Shown here piece by piece: positions 17,051-27,597 of a DNA stretch of 64,000 bases. Within the stretch, counting starts at the first letter, position 1; every line of letters starts with the position of its first letter. Position numbers and translations under genes: made by a program. This DNA is from a virus: positions 1 to 64,000 of the IMG/VR virus record IMGVR_UViG_3300027797_000001. The stretch is one strand, 5' to 3'. The notes beneath the pieces were generated by a model. That model ran no database searches. It worked only from the letters and a program-made list of their open reading frames with translations, and was not told the DNA's origin.

Positions 17051-17395
17051 ATGTCAATAGGAAATTTAAAAGACTACGGAAACAAGGGAAACAACTTTCC
17101 TTTTCAATTAAAAGTACTTGAGGGTATTCAAGCTGTTTTTAATGCATTAACTGGAACAACTAATGGTCAACAAAGAACACCTCAAATTTTATATTCTGTA
17201 GGAGTTGATAGTACACCCCTAGGAGTTTATAGCTTTTCTATTGCTAATGTAGGGGCTGCTGCCGGTTTTGTAGATGGCCAATTGTTACCAGCAGGAACAA
17301 CTATAAATTATGACGCTGGAGCTTTAAATAATACATTGGGCTCTATAGCATTTGATGCAACAGGTACAGCATTTTTAATTACTTGGATATCATAA
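17051..17395 (+). CDS. putative virion/fibre-associated protein
   Basis: 114 aa beta-rich, in structural operon. Confidence 0.75.
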   Translation: MSIGNLKDYGNKGNNFPFQLKVLEGIQAVFNALTGTTNGQQRTPQILYSVGVDSTPLGVYSFSIANVGAAAGFVDGQLLPAGTTINYDAGALNNTLGSIAFDATGTAFLITWIS

Positions 17396-17398
17396 ATA

Positions 17399-17599
17399 AT
17401 GAGTACTGAAATTTATTTACGTGGATCTGCAGCAACCACTAATGGTGTATTTGCTCAAACAGCAAACAGCACTATAATTACTAACACTACTGTTGATACA
17501 ACCATTTCTAATACATTAGATGTAACAGCGCAATGGGGCGCTGCCTCTGCAGGAAACAACATCTACTCTGACATTTTTATCTTAAATAAGACATACTAA
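17399..17599 (+). CDS. 66-aa Thr/Asn-rich protein, possibly an internally deleted structural protein
   Basis: Short beta-rich ORF between structural and lysis genes. Confidence 0.55.
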   Translation: MSTEIYLRGSAATTNGVFAQTANSTIITNTTVDTTISNTLDVTAQWGAASAGNNIYSDIFILNKTY

Positions 17600-17600
17600 A

Positions 17601-18089
17601 ATGAAAAGATTATTCTTATATTCTTTATTACTAGTATTTGTTACTTCTTGTTCATTAGAAAAAAGACTTGCTAAATACTGTCCATTGTGTACACAAAAAG
17701 ATAGTACAGTAATTATAACTCAAATTAGAGATACTACAATTAATATTCCGGGAGAAACTGTATATATAGAAGATACATTATTCTGTGATTCATTAGGTAA
17801 TGTATATGCTTCTAGACTTGCTGAAAAAGATGGAACTATTATTAAGTTACAATCAAGAGTAAGAGATAACAAATACAAAGTAATTGCTACTACAGATACT
17901 ATCTACAGAACTATAAAAGGTAACACTGTTTATAAAACTCAACTGATTACTAAAACTCAAAAGCCACAAAAAATAAAATACATCCCCGGTTGGGTCAATT
18001 TCCTAGCATGGTTGGGTGGTATATGGTTAATAATCATTATATTATATATTATATACCGTCTGATTAAAGCTCAAATACCTACAATATGA
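17601..18089 (+). CDS. putative unimolecular spanin
   Basis: Lipobox VTSC, beta-rich DT-repeat middle, C-terminal TM helix; next to holin and endolysin. Confidence 0.7.
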   Translation: MKRLFLYSLLLVFVTSCSLEKRLAKYCPLCTQKDSTVIITQIRDTTINIPGETVYIEDTLFCDSLGNVYASRLAEKDGTIIKLQSRVRDNKYKVIATTDTIYRTIKGNTVYKTQLITKTQKPQKIKYIPGWVNFLAWLGGIWLIIIILYIIYRLIKAQIPTI

Positions 18090-18583
18090 AAACAAAAATA
18101 ACATTGGCAGTTTTGACAATATCATCTTTCTTTGCACCCATTGAAATTATGGCTATAGTTTTAATGTTTATAATTTTTGTAGACACTGTAGTTAAACTGA
18201 TAGCCCTTAGAAAAATTGCTAAAGAATCTAAGAGAAACTACAGAGACGTATTTAAATCTAGAATCCTTAGACAAGGCTATATATACAAATCTCTAGGATA
18301 CTATATTACAGCTGGTGTAGTATTTCCTTTAGACTATTATGCATTAACCCCATTTATCAATGGATTACTAAAGTTTTTAAACTTTGATTTTGTTATAGCA
18401 GTACCTGCAATACTTACAAACATTCTACTTGGTATATTCTCAATTATAGAACTAGCTTCAATTAATGAAAACTGGTTTGATATTACAGGAAACAATGTAC
18501 TTAGAAAAACTTGTAATACTGTAAAGAAACTAAGAAAAGGTTTAAAAGACGTATCTGACACTTATAAAGACATCAAGAACTAA
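18086..18583 (+). CDS. holin
   Basis: 2-3 TM helices, IELASINEN motif of phage holin 4-like proteins, basic tail; upstream of amidase. Confidence 0.75.
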   Translation: MKTKITLAVLTISSFFAPIEIMAIVLMFIIFVDTVVKLIALRKIAKESKRNYRDVFKSRILRQGYIYKSLGYYITAGVVFPLDYYALTPFINGLLKFLNFDFVIAVPAILTNILLGIFSIIELASINENWFDITGNNVLRKTCNTVKKLRKGLKDVSDTYKDIKN

Positions 18584-19230
18584 TGAAACTAGATATTAGT
18601 AAAATAGTACAAGCCAGATTAGATTCAGATCAGTTTTATGCTGAGGAGTCTAAGAAGACACAAATCTATCTGCATCATACAGCAGGTGGAGGCAATGCAG
18701 TAGCTGTATCAAGATACTGGAATAGTAATGATACAAGAATAGCAACTGCATTTGTTATTGGTGAGAATGGAGACATTGTACAATGTTTCTCATCTAAACA
18801 CTGGGCATGGCATTTAGGTGTTGATTCAGAAGACTTTACTAAGAATGGTGCAAAGTATCAGAACCTTAATAAACTTTCTGTAGGTATAGAAGTTTGCAAC
18901 TGGGGGCCATTAAAACTCCGCAATGGCAAATACTATAACTATGTAAATGGTGTAGTTAAACCTGAGAATGTAACAACTCTTGAGACACCATTTAAAGGTA
19001 CCAAATATTGGTACAAATATTCAGATGCACAGATAGAATCTTTAAGACAACTAGTAGAGTACTTATGTGATACATATGATATTCCTAAGACTTATAGATC
19101 AGAAATCTGGGCTATTGACAAAGAAGCATTTAAAGGAGTACCTGGAATCTACACTCACAACTCTGTAAGAAGAGACAAGAGTGATATGTATCCAGATCCT
19201 AAAGTAATAGAAATATTAAAAAACCTATAA
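18583..19230 (+). CDS. endolysin, N-acetylmuramoyl-L-alanine amidase (Amidase_2)
   Basis: IYLHHTAG, AWHLG, SVGIEVCN, THNSVR.DKSD.YP. Confidence 0.92.
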   Translation: MKLDISKIVQARLDSDQFYAEESKKTQIYLHHTAGGGNAVAVSRYWNSNDTRIATAFVIGENGDIVQCFSSKHWAWHLGVDSEDFTKNGAKYQNLNKLSVGIEVCNWGPLKLRNGKYYNYVNGVVKPENVTTLETPFKGTKYWYKYSDAQIESLRQLVEYLCDTYDIPKTYRSEIWAIDKEAFKGVPGIYTHNSVRRDKSDMYPDPKVIEILKNL

Positions 19231-19231
19231 T

Positions 19232-19390
19232 ATGAAATTTAGAAACTCTTGGAAATCATCCACAAAACAATGGGATAAAATAATGATTAGAATTAGATTC
19301 TCATCATTAGACTTCTTCACATTTGAAATGGATATATCAAGAAACTTTTATCTACTAACTATATTTAATCTCACAATAAAAAATCGTTAA
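19232..19390 (+). CDS. 52-aa hypothetical protein, not in ORF track
   Basis: MKFRNSWKSSTKQWDKIMIRIRFSSLDFFTFEMDISRNFYLLTIFNLTIKNR* fills the gap exactly. Confidence 0.7.
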   Translation: MKFRNSWKSSTKQWDKIMIRIRFSSLDFFTFEMDISRNFYLLTIFNLTIKNR

Positions 19391-19392
19391 TC

Positions 19393-19779
19393 ATGAAAAA
19401 GATAACTAAAAAAATGCCTAAAGCACAAGCAGGCAAAATTGTAAAAGCAGTTAAAGCTGTGAAACCTGCAACAACTATTGCAAAAGATCTTCCAATAGTT
19501 TTAAACAGAATGAATAGAGCTGAATTAAAAAATATTCTAAAAGGAATAGAAAAAGATCTTCCAAAACCTAAAGGTATGGCTAAAGGTGGACCAATTAAAA
19601 AACTTAAAAAAGCTGAATTGGGAATGGCAACAGATGACTCATGTTGGCCAGGAAAACCAGGATGTGGTAAAACTAAAACAATAAGAGGTGCTAGAACTAA
19701 AAGAGTTAAAACAGGACCCTCTCCTGGTAGAACTTGGATGTCAAGTATGGCAAAAGGTGGAATGACAAAGAAAAAATAA
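19393..19779 (+). CDS. Lys-rich protein with MAKGG motifs
   Basis: AQAG, MAKGG x2, AELG. Confidence 0.8.
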   Translation: MKKITKKMPKAQAGKIVKAVKAVKPATTIAKDLPIVLNRMNRAELKNILKGIEKDLPKPKGMAKGGPIKKLKKAELGMATDDSCWPGKPGCGKTKTIRGARTKRVKTGPSPGRTWMSSMAKGGMTKKK

Positions 19780-19801
19780 ATTGTCCTTCTCTAAGTAATG
19801 T

Positions 19802-19836
19802 AATCCAGGTATATACTATGCCTGGATTTTTTATTT
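19802..19836 (+). terminator. intrinsic terminator
   Basis: AATCCAGGTAT/ATGCCTGGATT stem followed by TTTT. Confidence 0.85.
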
Positions 19837-19899
19837 AAACTTGTTTGATTTAAACTTATTTTATATATATTTGTGTAAACTAATATAAATTAATATCTT

Positions 19900-20202
19900 A
19901 TGGAAACAAACCAACAACCAGAAATGGAGATGACCCCAGATCAGTTAGCTGAGCAAAAAGAAAAAATGCTAGAGTTCTATAGAGAATCAATGCCTTATTT
20001 AAAATCTCAATTGGATTATGAAAAATTGTTATTAGAAATTGATGAAACAAGATTTAAAAGATCAAATATTCAATATCAGTATGCAATGATGATGAACCCT
20101 GCACAAGAAGAGGATGATGATGAAGATATGGGTTCAGATCATGATATTGATAATAATCCTAATATATCAGAACAGGGTAAAAGAAAACTTAAAAGAGGTT
20201 AA
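19900..20202 (+). CDS. hypothetical coiled-coil protein
   Basis: 100 aa, downstream of TATATTTG. Confidence 0.8.
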   Translation: METNQQPEMEMTPDQLAEQKEKMLEFYRESMPYLKSQLDYEKLLLEIDETRFKRSNIQYQYAMMMNPAQEEDDDEDMGSDHDIDNNPNISEQGKRKLKRG

Positions 20203-20204
20203 TC

Positions 20205-20573
20205 ATGGCATTAGTAAACCAAGTACAGAAGCGTGTAAAAATGCCTAAGTGGGAGGTTGTAAAATTTCAGATACTAGCTCATTGTTATATTAATCGGATA
20301 ACAATGAGTGAATCTGATCTTAATTGCTTGACTCTTTTAAGTTTTAATCAACCTATTGAACTTACTAATTTTTGCTATGATGCATCTTCAGAAGAAGATC
20401 CAATATTTAAATCAGCTCAAACTGTAAGGAACTGTATTAATAAAGCTGAAAAAATAGGTTTGGTAATAAAAGATGCTGATAATAAAAAGCAAATTTTAAT
20501 TAATCCAAATTTAAAAATACAAACAGAAGGTATGATACTTTTAGATTACAAGTTTTTAAGCAATGAATCCTAA
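20205..20573 (+). CDS. hypothetical protein, possible winged HTH
   Basis: QTVRNCINKAEKIGLV.K resembles a wHTH recognition helix and wing. Confidence 0.7.
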   Translation: MALVNQVQKRVKMPKWEVVKFQILAHCYINRITMSESDLNCLTLLSFNQPIELTNFCYDASSEEDPIFKSAQTVRNCINKAEKIGLVIKDADNKKQILINPNLKIQTEGMILLDYKFLSNES

Positions 20574-20937
20574 AAAGGCTAATAAATTTTATAAACAATT
20601 TGCTGAAGAAAATTCACATGAAGAGAATTTAGTTGAGAGTATAATTGAATTTTATTATAAAAACGTAAGAAGTTTACTTACAGATTTATCTTATCCAAGA
20701 ATAAACATAGATGGTTTAGGTCATATAACTGCAAAACCAATGATTGTAAAAAAAGGAATAGATAAATTATGTAAAATTTTAGATGGTCATGATACTTCAA
20801 CATTTAAGGCTTACCATAATAAAAAAGCAATGGAAATTAAACTAGATAATTTAATAAAACTTCAAGAGAAAATTCTAAAGGAAAAAGATAAAAAAACTAA
20901 TTTTTTTAAAACCAAAAACAATGAAGAACGTACTTAA
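20563..20937 (+). CDS. IHF/HU-like protein
   Basis: VESII..YY..V...L......INIDGLGHI resembles the HU/IHF core; such proteins are typical of crAss-like phages. Confidence 0.6.
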   Translation: MNPKKANKFYKQFAEENSHEENLVESIIEFYYKNVRSLLTDLSYPRINIDGLGHITAKPMIVKKGIDKLCKILDGHDTSTFKAYHNKKAMEIKLDNLIKLQEKILKEKDKKTNFFKTKNNEERT

Positions 20938-21214
20938 TCTTATTTGGCAAAACAGATCTCAAATTCTTGAGGGAATTAAGAACTCTGTAATTAGAGATGA
21001 AACTGTAGAAGAAATCTCTAGACTCAGATATGACATCTGTGATGAGTGTCCAGAAAAAGGTAAGAAGTGTGCAGTAAAAGGCACAGCTCCATGCTGTAAT
21101 GAATGTGGTTGCTCTCTTGCTTTTAAAACTAGATCTCTATCAGCATCATGCCCATTGGGTAAATGGGATGCTTTAATTACTGAAGAACAAGAAGAAGAAT
21201 TAGAAAAACTATGA
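20921..21214 (+). CDS. Cys-rich small protein
   Basis: R..IC..C...C..CGC....K.......CP.GKW. Confidence 0.75.
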   Translation: MKNVLNLIWQNRSQILEGIKNSVIRDETVEEISRLRYDICDECPEKGKKCAVKGTAPCCNECGCSLAFKTRSLSASCPLGKWDALITEEQEEELEKL

Positions 21215-22044
21215 GTATAGTATTTAATGCCAAAGATCATAGCTATAAAAGCAATGATGGGTCAGAAATTAATTGGGTAAGTGTTACTACACTAGTATCT
21301 CATTTTAAAAAATCTTTTGATGCTGAGAAGATAGCAAAGAAGGTTTGTAAGAATAAGAGATCTAAGTGGTATGGATTTGAACCAAAAGATATTATATCTA
21401 TTTGGAATGCAGAATCTCAAAGAGCAATTACTCTTGGTACATATTATCATAATCAAAGAGAAGCTGACTTATGTTCTTTAGCTTCAATAGAAAGAGAAGG
21501 TGTTACAGTTCCAGTGTTTAAACCTAATGATTTAACAAATGGAATTAAGACAGCTCCTTTACAAAAATTAGAACCAGGCGTGTATCCAGAGCATATGGTT
21601 TATCTTAAATCAGTAGGCATCTGTGGTCAATCAGATCTCGTAGAAGTAGTTAATGGTAAAGTAAACATTATTGACTATAAAACTAATAAAGAGATTAAGA
21701 CTGAATCTTACAAAGATTGGGAGGGAGTTTCTGAAAAACTACTCTCTCCTGTATCTAGTTTAGATGATTGTAATTTTAATCACTATGCTTTACAGTTAAG
21801 CATTTACATGTATATGATATTAAAACACAATCCTAAATTACAACCTGGGAAAATGTTTATTCATCATATCATTTTTGAGACAGAAGGACAAGATAGATAT
21901 GGGTATCCTTTAACAAGTTATGATCACAATGAAGATCCTATTGTTAAAGATGTATCACAAATTGAGATACCCTATTTAAAAGATGAAGTAGCAGCTATTA
22001 TGCATTACTTGCATGATAATAGAAATAAAATTAAAAAGAAATGA
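21211..22044 (+). CDS. PD-(D/E)XK (Cas4/RecB-like) nuclease
   Basis: SVTT, GT.YH, GQSDL, IIDYKT, Y.LQLSIY. Confidence 0.9.
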   Translation: MSIVFNAKDHSYKSNDGSEINWVSVTTLVSHFKKSFDAEKIAKKVCKNKRSKWYGFEPKDIISIWNAESQRAITLGTYYHNQREADLCSLASIEREGVTVPVFKPNDLTNGIKTAPLQKLEPGVYPEHMVYLKSVGICGQSDLVEVVNGKVNIIDYKTNKEIKTESYKDWEGVSEKLLSPVSSLDDCNFNHYALQLSIYMYMILKHNPKLQPGKMFIHHIIFETEGQDRYGYPLTSYDHNEDPIVKDVSQIEIPYLKDEVAAIMHYLHDNRNKIKKK

Positions 22045-22556
22045 TTGTAAAACTATTTGACATACAGAATGGTAAAGTAATTCCCACAGAGCATTGCTAT
22101 ACTTTAAAAGCACTTAAGATAGTGATGGATAACTATCCTGATAATTACATTAAAATCTATCAGTACTTATTTTATATGACATGTCCTAACCCAGACTTAA
22201 ATCCATTCTTCTATACACCGGAAGTAGATAAAGAGTCTCTTATTCTTGAGCAGATAGAAGCAGACTTCTCTACTGAAAATGAAGATGTGTTTATAGCATT
22301 ACAATTTTGCCAGAGGATGTTTGAAACACCTACATATAGAGCTTATAAAGGTATGGCATCTATGTTAGATAGATTGGCTAGATATATGGAGACTACAACA
22401 ATAACTGCAGGAAGAGATGGTAATATAAACTCACTAGTAGCTGCAGCCAAAAACTTTGATCAGATTAGAGCTTCATTTAAAGGAGTATATAAAGATCTAC
22501 AAGAAGAACAATCTAGTAGAGTAAGAGGTGGTATTGGAATGGCATATGATCAATAA
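22041..22556 (+). CDS. putative terminase small subunit
   Basis: Immediately upstream of and coupled to TerL; helical; positional inference. Confidence 0.55.
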   Translation: MIVKLFDIQNGKVIPTEHCYTLKALKIVMDNYPDNYIKIYQYLFYMTCPNPDLNPFFYTPEVDKESLILEQIEADFSTENEDVFIALQFCQRMFETPTYRAYKGMASMLDRLARYMETTTITAGRDGNINSLVAAAKNFDQIRASFKGVYKDLQEEQSSRVRGGIGMAYDQ

Positions 22557-24757
22557 TGGAGATATTTGAAAACATACCAACCTATGATAATGGAACTTGG
22601 ACTATTACAGATTTTTCCTCAAGAGAAGAGTTTACCAAGTTTGTAAGAAATATTTTTGATGAACCAGGTAAATATAAATTTGATGAAACTAGCTTATTAT
22701 TTAATTCTGAATCAAGAAAGTTCAGAAACAATGGATATTACTGCGACTCTCCATTTAAATCCAAAGATTTTGTCAATTACTGGGATGAACAAAAACTCAG
22801 ATGTAGGAGAGGAGTTATCTATAAATCAGGAGACAACATATGGTACCTTACTAGAGACTACTACATGTGGCTTAACTTCCTACCAATATTTGATAAAGAA
22901 CAGCAAATTTTTGACTTTGCCAAAATACGGGATGCACAGTATCACATGGCCCTCTATGAATTATTGGCAGAACTCAACTTTAAGCATGTAGCTATTCTTA
23001 AAAAACGTCAGATAGCTTCTTCTTATTTTCACATGGCCAAGCTATTAAATCAGATTTGGTTTGAATCTGGGGTTACACTAAAGATAGGAGCAAGTCTTAA
23101 AGACTATATAAATGAGAAAGGCTCATGGAAGTTCTTAGATGAATATGCTGCATTCTTAAATGAGCATACTGCATGGTATAGACCAATGACTCCTCATAAA
23201 GTAATGATGTGGCAGCAGAAGATAGAAGTTAGAAAAGGAGATAGAAAGAATGAGGTTGGTCTCAAAGGTACTATGCAAGGCATGTCATTTGAGAAAGATC
23301 CAACAAATGGTGTAGGGGGTCCGGTAAAGTTCTTCTTCCATGAGGAGGCAGGCATTGCTCCTAAGATGGATCAGACATATGAGTATATGAGACCAGCAAT
23401 GAGATCTGGTTTAATGACAACAGGTATGTTTATAGCTGCAGGATCTGTGGGGGATTTATCTCAGTGTAATCCACTTAAAGATATGATCCTAAATCCCACA
23501 TCTAAAGATATCTATGCAGTAGAAACAAATCTTCTTGATAAGAATGGTACAGAAGGTCTCTCAGGTTTGTTTATTCCTGAGCAATGGTCTATGCCACCAC
23601 ATATAGATCAATATGGTAATTCACTTGTAGAAGATGCATTAGAAGCTTTAGATAGACAATTTGAAGAATGGAAAAAAGATCTATCTCCAGAAGACTATCA
23701 GTTAAGAATATCTCAGCATCCTAGAAATATTGAAGAAGCATTTGCACATAGATCAGTATCTGTATTTCCACCACATCTTGTAACAGCACAACAGAGAAGA
23801 ATAAATGAAAAAGAATATGCATATGAATTCCTAGATATTTCCTATGATGAGAATGGAAAACCTGCAGTAAAGGAAACTAGTAAATTACCTATTATGCAGT
23901 TCCCTGTATCTAAGAAGTTAGAAGATAAAACAGGAACTCTTGTTGTATGGGAAAGACCAATTAAAGATCCTACATTTGGACAGTATTATGCATCTATTGA
24001 CCCGGTATCAGAGGGAAAGACGACTACCTCAGAATCACTGTGTTCTATATATGTAATGAAAGCTCCAATTCAAGTAACTAAACATTCAGGTACTGAATCA
24101 GAGACATATATAGAACAAGATAAGATAGTAGCTGCATGGTGTGGTAGATTTGATGATATTAATAAAACCCACCAAAGATTAGAACTAATAATAGAATGGT
24201 ATAACGCATGGGCACTTATAGAAAGTAACGTGTCTTTATTTATACAATATATGATATCTAGAAAGAAACAAAGATATCTTGTACCTAAAAGTCAAATCAT
24301 GTTTTTAAAAGATCTTGGTTCAAATACCAATGTTTATCAGGAATATGGATGGAGAAATACCGGTAGTTTATTTAAGGCTCACTTATTAAGTTATGTGATA
24401 GAGTATTGTAAAGAAGAACTAGATACAGAAACAAAACCTGATGGTACAATTGTAAGAACAAAATATGGAATAGAGAGAATTCCAGACCCCATGTTGATCA
24501 AAGAGATGCAAGAATATGCAGATGGAGTTAACGTAGATAGACTTGTAGCATTTACAGCATTAGTTGCATTCATGAGAGTTCAGCAATCAAATAGAGGATA
24601 TGCTAAAAGAGTGATAATGGATGATGCTGCTAAAAACTTGCAAAAGTCAGAAAATTTGTTTAAATTAAATAGTAGTCCATTTAGGCATATAGGTAACAAT
24701 GGTAGATTAACAAATGGTAATGTATTTAAAAAATCACCATTTAAAAATATAAAGTAA
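22556..24757 (+). CDS. terL: terminase large subunit
   Basis: Walker A-like LKKRQIASS, Walker B FFHEEAG, nuclease ASIDP...IESN...DRL; precedes portal. Confidence 0.92.
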   Translation: MEIFENIPTYDNGTWTITDFSSREEFTKFVRNIFDEPGKYKFDETSLLFNSESRKFRNNGYYCDSPFKSKDFVNYWDEQKLRCRRGVIYKSGDNIWYLTRDYYMWLNFLPIFDKEQQIFDFAKIRDAQYHMALYELLAELNFKHVAILKKRQIASSYFHMAKLLNQIWFESGVTLKIGASLKDYINEKGSWKFLDEYAAFLNEHTAWYRPMTPHKVMMWQQKIEVRKGDRKNEVGLKGTMQGMSFEKDPTNGVGGPVKFFFHEEAGIAPKMDQTYEYMRPAMRSGLMTTGMFIAAGSVGDLSQCNPLKDMILNPTSKDIYAVETNLLDKNGTEGLSGLFIPEQWSMPPHIDQYGNSLVEDALEALDRQFEEWKKDLSPEDYQLRISQHPRNIEEAFAHRSVSVFPPHLVTAQQRRINEKEYAYEFLDISYDENGKPAVKETSKLPIMQFPVSKKLEDKTGTLVVWERPIKDPTFGQYYASIDPVSEGKTTTSESLCSIYVMKAPIQVTKHSGTESETYIEQDKIVAAWCGRFDDINKTHQRLELIIEWYNAWALIESNVSLFIQYMISRKKQRYLVPKSQIMFLKDLGSNTNVYQEYGWRNTGSLFKAHLLSYVIEYCKEELDTETKPDGTIVRTKYGIERIPDPMLIKEMQEYADGVNVDRLVAFTALVAFMRVQQSNRGYAKRVIMDDAAKNLQKSENLFKLNSSPFRHIGNNGRLTNGNVFKKSPFKNIK

Positions 24758-24759
24758 CT

Positions 24760-27504
24760 ATGCAAGTATATAACGCATTACAGTTAAAGAAAGGTGCTAA
24801 GGTTGAGCAAAATAGGATGGGTAGTATTACCCAGCCTTTACAGTTTTTATCTAAAGTTGATAAAGATGAGGAATGGGCTGCCTGGAATTTAGACTGGTTG
24901 GAATGGAATGGTCTTAAGCAAATCAGAAGAAATGCTAGAAGATTAATGAAAAACTATAAACTTGCAAAAGGTATTATTGATAGATCAGATTATATAATTG
25001 AAGAAAATAATGAATATAAAGACATTGTAGAATTACTTACAAGAGAAGAAGCAACAGCATTAGAATTAAAGTTCTATCCTATTATTCCAAATGTTATTAA
25101 TGTCTTAGTAGCTGAATTTGCTAAAAGATCTACCAAGCTTACATATAAAACTGTTGATGAGTATTCTTATAATGAGATGATGGAGCAAAAGAGAAAGATG
25201 TTGGAAGAAACTCTTCTTTCTCAAGCGCAAGTAAAAATTTCAGCAGCATTATTAGAGCAGGGATTAGATCCTCAATCAGAAGAAGCACAACAACAATTAA
25301 ATCCAGAACAATTAAAATCTCTTCCTGAAATTGAGAGCTTCTTTAAAAAAGATTATAGATCTCTTGTTGAACAATGGGCTTCTCATCAACATAAAGTAGA
25401 TGTAGAAAGATTTAGAATAGAAGAATTAGAAGAAAGAGCATTTAGAGATATGCTCATTACTGATAGAGAGTTCTGGCATTTTCATATGATGGAAGATGAT
25501 TATGAAGTAGAACTTTGGAATCCAGTAGTTACTTTCTATCATAAATCTCCAGATATAAGATATATTTCTCAAGGTAACTGGGTAGGTAAAATAGACATGT
25601 TAACGGTATCAGATGTAATAGACAAGTATGGTTACATTATGACTGAAGAACAGTTAAAAGCTTGTGAGGCTATTTATCCAATTAGATCTGGTGGTTATAT
25701 TGTTGGAGGATATCAAAATGATGGTACATATTATGATGGAACAAAATCTCATGAATGGAATACTAATATGCCTTCTCTTGCATATAGACAATATACTACA
25801 GCTAGAGCAAATTCAATTACTGACGGTGGTGATATTATAAACCAGATATTATCTCAGGGAGAAGATTATTTTGACCAAGGTACTGCATACTTACTTAGAG
25901 TAACTCAAGCATACTGGAAGTCTCAAAGAAAAGTTGGGCATTTGACTAAAATAACTGAGAATGGTGAAGTAACTAATGAAGTAGTTACTGAAGATTACAA
26001 AGTTATTGATAAACCAATGTATGATACTAGATTATTTAAAAATAAAACAAGAGATAATTTACTCTTTGGTGAACACATAGATTGGATCTGGATTAATGAA
26101 GTTTGGGGTGGTATAAAAATTGGACCAAATATTCCTTCATTCTGGGGTATGAATAATCCTGGAGGATTCTCACCTATTTATATTGGCATACAAAAAAATA
26201 AAATAGGTCCACTTAAGTTTCAATTTAAAGGGGATCAAAGTCTTTATGGTTGTAAACTTCCTGTAGAAGGATCTGTATTCTCTGATAGAAATACTAAGTC
26301 TACAGCACTTATTGATTTAATGAAGCCATATCAGATTGGATATAACATTGTAAACAATCAGATTGCAGACATCTTAGTAGATGAACTTGGTACAGTAATT
26401 CTTTTAGATCAAAATGCTTTACCTAAACATTCACTTGGTGAAGACTGGGGTAAAGGAAACTATGCTAAGGCATATGTAGCCATGAAGAATTTCCAGATGT
26501 TACCTTTAGATACATCTATTACAAATACTGAGAATGCATTAAACTTTAACCATTTCCAAAAACTAGATCTAGAACAAACAAATAGATTAATGTCTAGGAT
26601 ACAATTAGCCAATTACTTTAAACAACAGGCATATGAGGTTATAGGGGTAAATCCTCAAAGAATGGGGCAGCAATTATCTCAGACAACAGCTACTGGAGTG
26701 GAACAAGCAGTAAGTGCGTCATATGCTCAAACAGAAGTATTCTTTATTCAGCACTGTGACTATTTAATGCCAAGAGTACATCAAATGAGAACTGACTTAG
26801 CTCAGTATTATAATTCTACTAAACCATCTACAAGATTAACTTATATTACAGCGGCTGATGAGAAAGTTAATTTTGAAATTAATGGTACAGATCTTTTAAT
26901 GAGAGATCTAAATATATTCTGTTCTACTACTGCAAACCATAGAGCTATTCTTGAACAATTAAAACAAATGTCTATTCAAAATAATACTACTGGTGCTAGT
27001 ATTTATGATCTTGGTAAAATTGTTCAAGCAGATTCTATTGCTGAAGTAAATACAGTTCTAAAAGCTTCTGATCAAAAACAACAGCAGATGAAGCAACAAG
27101 AAATGCAGAATCAGCAGCAAATGCAAGAACAACAACTTCAAAAACAACAGGAGATTGAGCAAATGAAAATTGATTCTCAAGCTGCTGAGAAAGAGAAAGA
27201 TAGACAAAGAGATATCTTAGTTGCAGAAATCAGAGCTGCTGGTTATGGGTCTATGGCTGACGTAAATAAAAATGAGATGTCAGATTATGCAGATCAAATG
27301 AAAGAGATTAGATCTTCTGAACAATATCAGCAACAAACTGATTTACAGAGAGAAAAGGAAGTAAATAGAATGTCTATTGAATCTCAAAAGTCTCAGATTG
27401 AAAGAGAAAAGATTCAAGCTCAAAGAGATATAGCTGATAAACAACTTCAGATAGCTCAAGAAAATAAAAATAAATATGATAATAAAAACAACAAAAATAA
27501 ATAA
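24760..27504 (+). CDS. portal protein
   Basis: 914 aa after TerL; YPIIPN.IN.L..E, MKPYQ..YN, G..PQR.G motifs; Gln-rich coiled-coil C-terminal barrel. Confidence 0.9.
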   Translation: MQVYNALQLKKGAKVEQNRMGSITQPLQFLSKVDKDEEWAAWNLDWLEWNGLKQIRRNARRLMKNYKLAKGIIDRSDYIIEENNEYKDIVELLTREEATALELKFYPIIPNVINVLVAEFAKRSTKLTYKTVDEYSYNEMMEQKRKMLEETLLSQAQVKISAALLEQGLDPQSEEAQQQLNPEQLKSLPEIESFFKKDYRSLVEQWASHQHKVDVERFRIEELEERAFRDMLITDREFWHFHMMEDDYEVELWNPVVTFYHKSPDIRYISQGNWVGKIDMLTVSDVIDKYGYIMTEEQLKACEAIYPIRSGGYIVGGYQNDGTYYDGTKSHEWNTNMPSLAYRQYTTARANSITDGGDIINQILSQGEDYFDQGTAYLLRVTQAYWKSQRKVGHLTKITENGEVTNEVVTEDYKVIDKPMYDTRLFKNKTRDNLLFGEHIDWIWINEVWGGIKIGPNIPSFWGMNNPGGFSPIYIGIQKNKIGPLKFQFKGDQSLYGCKLPVEGSVFSDRNTKSTALIDLMKPYQIGYNIVNNQIADILVDELGTVILLDQNALPKHSLGEDWGKGNYAKAYVAMKNFQMLPLDTSITNTENALNFNHFQKLDLEQTNRLMSRIQLANYFKQQAYEVIGVNPQRMGQQLSQTTATGVEQAVSASYAQTEVFFIQHCDYLMPRVHQMRTDLAQYYNSTKPSTRLTYITAADEKVNFEINGTDLLMRDLNIFCSTTANHRAILEQLKQMSIQNNTTGASIYDLGKIVQADSIAEVNTVLKASDQKQQQMKQQEMQNQQQMQEQQLQKQQEIEQMKIDSQAAEKEKDRQRDILVAEIRAAGYGSMADVNKNEMSDYADQMKEIRSSEQYQQQTDLQREKEVNRMSIESQKSQIEREKIQAQRDIADKQLQIAQENKNKYDNKNNKNK

Positions 27505-27597
27505 GCTATTTAGCTATATAGTGAGAAAAAAGTTTTTTAGCATTATAAATTTTTGAAGTTTATTTCTTATATTAAATTATAAACAAAACCAACACAT

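Noticed and set aside
21211-22044. CRISPR-associated Cas4
   Set aside because: No Fe-S Cys cluster pattern, cas genes or array; ordinary phage PD-(D/E)XK nuclease
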